Shown piece by piece: positions 14,073 to 19,387 of a stretch of DNA of 19,387 nucleotides. Location of the stretch: NCBI GenBank assembly GCA_045863395.1, contig BTVJ01000121.1, positions 1-19,387 of the forward strand, in the 5' to 3' direction. The notes under the pieces are model-generated. The model had not been told where the DNA came from. It did no database searches and was given only the letters and a program-made list of their open reading frames with translations. Each line of letters starts with the position of its first letter. The first letter of the stretch is position 1. Position numbers and translations under genes: made by a program. Source of the DNA: Myxococcales bacterium. Its GTDB lineage: Bacteria > Myxococcota_A > UBA9042 > JABWCM01 > BTVJ01.

Positions 14073-16870
14073 GCACGCTGGACCGGGGACTCGATGCCCG
14101 AGCGTCCCGTGAGGTGATCACCGCCCGCATCGACGGCGCCGTGGTGCTCGCCCTCGCTGGGGAGACCATCCTGGACGCGGCGGCCCGCGCCGGCGTCCGC
14201 ATCCCCACCCTGTGCCACGATCCGCGCCTGGCGCCCGCCGGTGCGTGTCGGACGTGCCTGGTGGAGATAGACGGCCAGCGGCGCCTCGCCCCCGCCTGCG
14301 CCACGCAGCTGACCGACGGCATGAGCGTCACCACCATCGGCGAGCGGGTGGAGCGCCACCGCAAGAGCCTGCTCGCCCTGTACCTCACGGACCACCCGCA
14401 GGACCACGACGCCTGCGAGACGGGCAAGCCCTGCGAGCTCCACCGCATGGCCGCAGAGGTGGGGGCGCCCACGCACTGGCCGTCCATGGCGCCCGTCCGC
14501 AAGGGGCGCCCCGACCGCAACCGGTTCATCGCGTTCGACCCGGCGAAGTGCATCCTCTGCGCGCGCTGCACCCGCTACTGCGACGAGGTGGAGTCGGTGA
14601 GCGCCATCACCCTGGCCGGGCGGGGCTCCGCTACCACCATCGCGACGGTGGAGGGGGCCTCCCTCCTCGACACCACCTGCGAGATGTGTGGTGGCTGCAT
14701 CGACACCTGCCCCACCGGCGCCATGGGCGAGAAGCTCCCGCAGCTCTGGGGGGCACCACCGGAGCGCGCGCTGGAGAAGGTGCGCACCACCTGCAACTAC
14801 TGCGGCGTGGGCTGCCAGATGGATCTCAACGTGGACAGATCTGCCAACGGGGGGCGGGGCAAGGTGGTGAAGATCACGTCGCCCCCACCGGGCACCACCA
14901 CCAACGACGGCAACCTGTGCGTCAAGGGGCGCTTCGCCTACGAGTTCGTGGAGCACGCGGACCGGCTGACGGTCCCGCTCGTGCGGGACGGCGGGGCGCT
15001 GCGGGAGGCCACGTGGGAGGAGGCGCTGTCGCGGGCGGCCGCAGGGCTTCGCGGGGTCGCCTCCCGCCACGGGGCAGACGCGCTCGGCTTCGTGTCGTCG
15101 TCGCGCTGCACCATGGAGGAGAACTACCTGGTCCAGAAGCTCTCGCGGGCGGTGTTCCACACGAACAACGTCCACCAATGCGCTGCGACGTGACACGCTC
15201 CCACGGTGGCCGGTCTGGTCACCACGTTCGGTGCGGGCGCCATGACCAACTCCATCGGAGAGATCCGGGACGCCGACCTCCTGCTCGTCATCGGGAGCAA
15301 CACCACCGAGGCGCACCCCATCATCGCCATGGAGATGAAGCGCGCCGTCCACCGCGGCGCGACGCTGGTGGTGGCCGACCCGCGGTCCATCTGGCTGACG
15401 ACCATGGCGGAGCGCCACCTGAAGCTGCGGCCGGGGACCGACGTGTGGCTGCTCAACGCCATGGCCCACGTGATCATCGCAGAGGGGCTCACCGACGAGG
15501 CCTTCGTCGCCGCGAACACCGAGAACTTCGAGGCGGTGCGGGACGCGGTGGCGGCGTACACCCCCGAGGAGGCGGAGCGCGTGACCGGCGTCCCCGCCGA
15601 GGACATCCGCTGGACCGCGCGGCGCTATGCGACGACGCGGAAGGCGGGCATCTACTACACCCTCGGCATCACGGAGCACGCCCACGGCACGGACAACGTC
15701 TATGCGCTGTCCAACCTGGTGCTCATGACCGGGCATCTGGGGGTCGCGGCCGCCGGCATGAACCCGCTGCGCGGGCAGAACAACGTGCAGGGCGCCAACG
15801 ACGCGGGCGCGAGCCCGGTGTTTCTCCCCGGCTACCAGCGGGTGGACGACCCGGCCGTCCACGCGAAGTACGAGGCGTCGTGGGGTGTGGAGCTGCCGCC
15901 GCGCCCGGGCCTGAACCTCAACGAGATGATCAAGAAGGTGGGGAGCGGCATCCGGGGGCTCTTCGTCATGGGGGAGGACATCGTGCTGTCCGAGCCCAAC
16001 GTCTCGCGCCTGGAGGAGGGCCTCAACCGTCTGGAGTTCCTGGTGGTGCAGGACATCTTCCTCAACGAGACGTGCCGGTGGGCGGACGTGGTGCTGCCGG
16101 CGGGGTGCTTCGTGGAGAAGGACGGGGTGTTCACGAACTCCGAGCGGCGGGTGCAGCGCGTGAGGAAGGGGGTGGAGCCGCCCGGTCAGGCGCGAGCGGA
16201 CTGGCAGATCCTGGTGGATCTGGCCCGCGCGTGCGGCGCGGCGTGGGACTACGACGGCCCGGCCGCCATCTACGACGAGCTGGTGCGCGATGCGCCCAAG
16301 TTCGCGGGAATCTCGCATGGGCGCATCGACCGCGAGGGGGGCCTCCAGTGGCCCTGCCCCACCCCTGACCACCCGGGCACGCGCTTCCTGCACGAGGGGG
16401 GGGTGCTGCGGGGCAAGGGGCTGTTCCGTGCGGTCCACTACCGGCCGCCAGTGGAGGAGGCGACCGACGAGTGGCCGCTGGTGTTGTCTACGGGGCGCAC
16501 GCTGTACCACTACAACGCCGCCACCCAGACCCGTCGCTCGGAGGGCCTCGACACGAAGCAGCCGGAGGCCTTCGTCGAGCTGCACCCGAAGGACGCCGGG
16601 GAGCGGGGCATCCGCGACGGGGACCTGGTCCGGGTGACGACCCGCCGGGGCGCGGTCCGCTGCCGGGCGATGATCTCGAAGCAGGTGCGCCGCGGCTGCA
16701 TCTGGATGCCCTTCCACTTCGCCGAGGCGCGGGCCAATCTGCTGACGACGGACGTCGGGGACCCCGAGACGGGCACCGCGGAGTACAAGGTCTGCGCGGC
16801 GCAGGTGGTGCGGGAGGACGGCGACGCCGGGCGCGGCTTCCCCGGCGCGTACTATCGGGCGGAGGCGTGA
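14069..16870 (+). CDS. fdhF: Formate dehydrogenase alpha subunit, selenocysteine-containing (933 aa, Sec375), molybdopterin family with N-terminal Fe-S domains
   Basis: ATGA overlap with the upstream stop. IPTLC...GACRTC...AC ([2Fe-2S]); CILCARC and CEMCGGCIDTCPTGA ferredoxin motifs; TTCNYCGVGC...LCVKG; NNVHQCAAT-TGA-HAPTVAGL continuing in frame; LRGQNNVQG; C-terminal molybdopterin dinucleotide-binding domain. The ORF track splits the gene in two at the TGA. Confidence 0.93.
15191..15223 (+). promoter_or_regulatory. Selenocysteine UGA codon plus bacterial SECIS hairpin
   Basis: TGA at 15191-15193, an 11-nt spacer, then stem GGTGGCC (15205-15211), loop GGTCT and stem GGTCACC (15217-15223). 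Spacing and apical sequence resemble the E. coli fdhF SECIS. Confidence 0.88.
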
Positions 16871-17730
16871 TGCTGGAGCGGGACCCGAGCGACTGGACGG
16901 TGGGGCGCGTGCTGCGGCGGCGAATCGCGGTGGGGGAGCAGCCCGCTGGCGCGCCGAGCGCGGTCCGCCCCGTGGTCCACTGGCGGCGGGGCCACGGCCC
17001 GCGGGACGAGGAGCGGGGCCTGGTGCGGGAGGCGCCGCTCGTCATCCAGCTCGTGGGCCACGGGAGCTTCACCATCATGCGCACGCCGGGCCACGACCTG
17101 GATCTGGCAGTCGGCTTCCTGCTGGCGGAGGGTGCCATCGAGGGCATGGGTGATATCGTCGAGCTCCGCGCCTGCGAGGGCGGAGACACCGTCAAGGTGT
17201 GGCTGCGGGAGGGGCTGGCCGGCACGATTCACCGCAATCTGGTGGTCCAGTCGAGCTGCGGCCTGTGCGGCCACGAGGACGCGGGCGCCATCGTCTCAGG
17301 CCTGGACGCCGTCTGCGGTGGTCTCTGTGTCTCGGTAGACCTCCTCTACGCCATGCCTGCCCGCCTCCGCGCCGAGCAAGGCCTCTTCGAGCAGACCGGC
17401 GGCTGCCATGCGGCGGCGCTCTTCGACGTGGACGGGAGCATCCGGGTGCTGGGCGAGGATCTGGGGCGGCACAGCGCGTTGGACAAGGTGCTCGGCCACG
17501 CCGCGCGCTTTGGCGTGCCCACCGCGGACGCCGGCGTGATCCTCTCCGGCCGCACCAGCCTGGAGATGGTCGTCAAGGCGGTGCGAGCGCGCATCGGCCT
17601 CGTCATGGCGATCAGCGCCCCGAGCGACGCTGCCGTGGACGCGGCAGACCGCCTCGGGGTGACCCTCTGCGGGTTTGCGCGGGGCGACGAGGTCGGCGTC
17701 TACTCCCACCCGTGGCGCGTGCGGGGCTGA
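16870..17730 (+). CDS. fdhD: Formate dehydrogenase accessory sulfurtransferase FdhD
   Basis: MRTPGHDLDLAVGFLLAEG, SSCGLCG, LFEQTGGCHAAALF, EDLGRHSALDK, SGRTSLEMVVKA, SAPS, TLCGFAR. The start overlaps the alpha-subunit stop (ATG16870 or GTG16867). Confidence 0.93.
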   Translation: MLERDPSDWTVGRVLRRRIAVGEQPAGAPSAVRPVVHWRRGHGPRDEERGLVREAPLVIQLVGHGSFTIMRTPGHDLDLAVGFLLAEGAIEGMGDIVELRACEGGDTVKVWLREGLAGTIHRNLVVQSSCGLCGHEDAGAIVSGLDAVCGGLCVSVDLLYAMPARLRAEQGLFEQTGGCHAAALFDVDGSIRVLGEDLGRHSALDKVLGHAARFGVPTADAGVILSGRTSLEMVVKAVRARIGLVMAISAPSDAAVDAADRLGVTLCGFARGDEVGVYSHPWRVRG

Positions 17731-18869
17731 TCGCGGAGCAGCCCGGGGAGCTGGCGGAGCGCCGCGCGGGCGAAGGGCAGGGAGGGGCACGCTCGCATCA
17801 CCGCGAGGACGTCCGACGGGGTTCCCACCTCCGACAGGAACCGCACCACCGCGTCCGCGGGGGCCTTGGAGAAGAGCGAGAGGAAGAGATCGGGGGCGCC
17901 GTCGGGCGAGCGGGCCAGGTGATCGAGGAAGATCCGGTCGAGGCGCTCCGTGGTGCGTGAGTGCGCCTCCACGCGGGGATGCGCCGTGCCGCTCAGCACC
18001 TGACGTGCCAGCTCCGCCGCCGTCCGCTGGATGGCCAGGAAGGCGTAGCCCGTCGACGGGCGAGCGGCGCCGCCCCGGAGCCCGATGGGGACCACTCGGA
18101 GTCCCGGCGGGGCGAGGCGCTCCGTGGTCATGGGGAGGACGCCCCGCTCCTCCCCGAGCACCTCCCACCGTGAGGCCCCCGCCCGGCGCAGCCACTCGTC
18201 CATGTGCTGGTCGTAGCTGGCGCCCGGGGTCGCGGTCATCCACGTGTCCTCGACCAGCGCCGTGTGCTCGTCGAAGGGCAGGGCATACATGAAGTGAGCG
18301 CCGCGTAGTGGCAGGTCGAAGTCCATCAGGGTGACCGTGGACGGATCGAAGATCGGCTCCTCGGTGCGCACCAGGCGACCGCCGAAGTGCTGGAGCAGCC
18401 GCACCTCGCCGGCAGGGGCAGGAGGAAGGCGCAGGGGCCGCCCGTCGAAGGCCAGCTCACAGCGGATTGCGCCGGCGGTGGTGTGGGCGACGATGCCTGA
18501 CGGGTCTTCGCGCAGCGCCTCCACGCCCACGCCCAGCCGCACGGTGATGTCCGGCTCGCGGCCGAGGCGGTCCAGGGCGGCTCGGTAGAAGGCATCGCCA
18601 GGCAGATGGCAGTAGGCGTGCCGCGTCGAGGTCGCGACGTGCGTGCCGCCCGGTGCGGCCACACGCCACCGGGACCAGCGGTGGCTCACCGCGTCCTCGA
18701 AGGGGTGGCGCGCGACGTCCCAGAAGCAGAACGTGCGATCCCGCCCGTGGGAGAGCCGTGGGTCGACGACGAGCACCCGGCGCCCGGCGAGGCCCTGCGT
18801 CGCGAGCTGGACCGCCAGGGACAGGCCCGCGCACCCGGCGCCGGCGATCAGCAGGTCGAAGCGCTCCAT
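17700..18869 (-). CDS. crtY: Lycopene cyclase family flavoprotein (CrtY-like)
   Basis: DLLIAGAGCAGLSLA, DRTFCFW, LMDF, FMYALPF...ALVEDT, ERGVLPMT, IGLRGGAARPSTGYAF. Start is ATG18869 or ATG18878. Confidence 0.85.
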   Translation of the reverse strand: MERFDLLIAGAGCAGLSLAVQLATQGLAGRRVLVVDPRLSHGRDRTFCFWDVARHPFEDAVSHRWSRWRVAAPGGTHVATSTRHAYCHLPGDAFYRAALDRLGREPDITVRLGVGVEALREDPSGIVAHTTAGAIRCELAFDGRPLRLPPAPAGEVRLLQHFGGRLVRTEEPIFDPSTVTLMDFDLPLRGAHFMYALPFDEHTALVEDTWMTATPGASYDQHMDEWLRRAGASRWEVLGEERGVLPMTTERLAPPGLRVVPIGLRGGAARPSTGYAFLAIQRTAAELARQVLSGTAHPRVEAHSRTTERLDRIFLDHLARSPDGAPDLFLSLFSKAPADAVVRFLSEVGTPSDVLAVMRACPSLPFARAALRQLPGLLRDQPRTRHGWE

Positions 18870-18936
18870 GTGCCGCATTTCTGCGGAAGTTGCACACCTG
18901 TGTCAACCCGCGCACGGCGGTGCTGCCGCAGCCTCG

Positions 18937-18966
18937 TTGTCTCGGCGGTCCTCGGAGGCGTACACT
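18937..18966 (+). promoter_or_regulatory. Putative sigma70-type promoter for the last gene
   Basis: TTGTCT-18 bp-TACACT, upstream of RBS GGAGGT (18979-18984). Confidence 0.4.
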
Positions 18967-18989
18967 GCGCACCAACCTGGAGGTCTCCC

Positions 18990-19387
18990 ATGCGTAGTCC
19001 CGCTCTCCTGCTCCTCGCCACCCTCGCCTGGCCTGGCGCTGCCGTCGCCCAGAACACGGACACGGGGAAGGACTGCCCCTCGGGGCTCGACGAGGTGGGC
19101 CGCTGCCAGGGCTCGATGGTCCAGTGGTGTGAGAACGGGAACCTGCACGAGCTGGACTGCGGCAGCTTCCAGATCTGCGCCTACGACTACCAGGCTGGCT
19201 GGTACGACTGCATGGACGACGTCGGCGGGAGCGGCACCTGCGAGGGGCACTGCGGCGAGAAGACCGAGGGAGGGTGCTACTGCGACTCCGAGTGCCACAC
19301 GAACGGAGACTGCTGCGACGACGTGTGCTCCGTGTGCGGCCACTGCAACGGCTCGGGCGGGTCGGGCGCCGACGCGGGTGGCTCGGG
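18990..19387 (+). CDS. Secreted Cys-rich protein with a somatomedin-B-like domain (partial, runs off the window)
   Basis: Manual translation from ATG18990: MRSPALLLLATLAWPGAAVAQNTDTGKDCPSGLDEVGRCQGSMVQWCENGNLHELDCGSFQICAYDYQAGWYDCMDDVGGSGTCEGHCGEKTEGGCYCDSECHTNGDCCDDVCSVCGHCNGSGGSGADAGGS. Strong RBS, signal peptide, no stop codon. Confidence 0.85.
   Translation, partial: MRSPALLLLATLAWPGAAVAQNTDTGKDCPSGLDEVGRCQGSMVQWCENGNLHELDCGSFQICAYDYQAGWYDCMDDVGGSGTCEGHCGEKTEGGCYCDSECHTNGDCCDDVCSVCGHCNGSGGSGADAGGS

Noticed and set aside
15191..15193. Nonsense mutation/pseudogene, or two separate fdh genes (ORFs 12899-15193 and 15206-16870)
   Set aside because: The TGA is at the catalytic Cys/Sec column, the frame continues, and a SECIS-like hairpin follows.
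6147..16717. Very long alternative-frame ORFs (6147-8852 +, 8513-10975 -, 8569-11460 +, 13610-16717 -, and others)
   Set aside because: Shadow ORFs overlapping well-supported genes, mostly Arg/Pro/Gly/Ala-rich and without recognisable motifs. Expected in high-GC DNA, where stop codons are scarce.

Overview
Very GC-rich bacterial DNA. The Cys-rich secreted proteins and lipoproteins and the sigma54 activator suggest Myxococcota or a related deltaproteobacterial lineage (inference). From left to right: a terminal (GA)27 tract running in frame into an S8 subtilase-like lipoprotein whose catalytic Asp position holds Glu, followed by a small Cys-rich lipoprotein; a sigma54 enhancer-binding protein with a globin/RsbRD-like N-terminus; three REP-like repeats (one inverted, two tandem); a Tat-lipoprotein FAD oxidoreductase; a secreted protein with CxxC repeats and two tandem fibrinogen-like modules; an HxsB-type radical SAM/SPASM enzyme without its usual hxsA/C/D partners; a hemerythrin-like protein; a Cys-rich lipoprotein; an NAD-linked formate dehydrogenase operon (NuoE-NuoF fusion, selenocysteine alpha subunit with in-frame UGA and SECIS, fdhD); a lone lycopene cyclase; and the 5' part of a secreted somatomedin-B-domain protein that the ORF track misses. 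All family calls come from motif recognition by eye, not from database searches.
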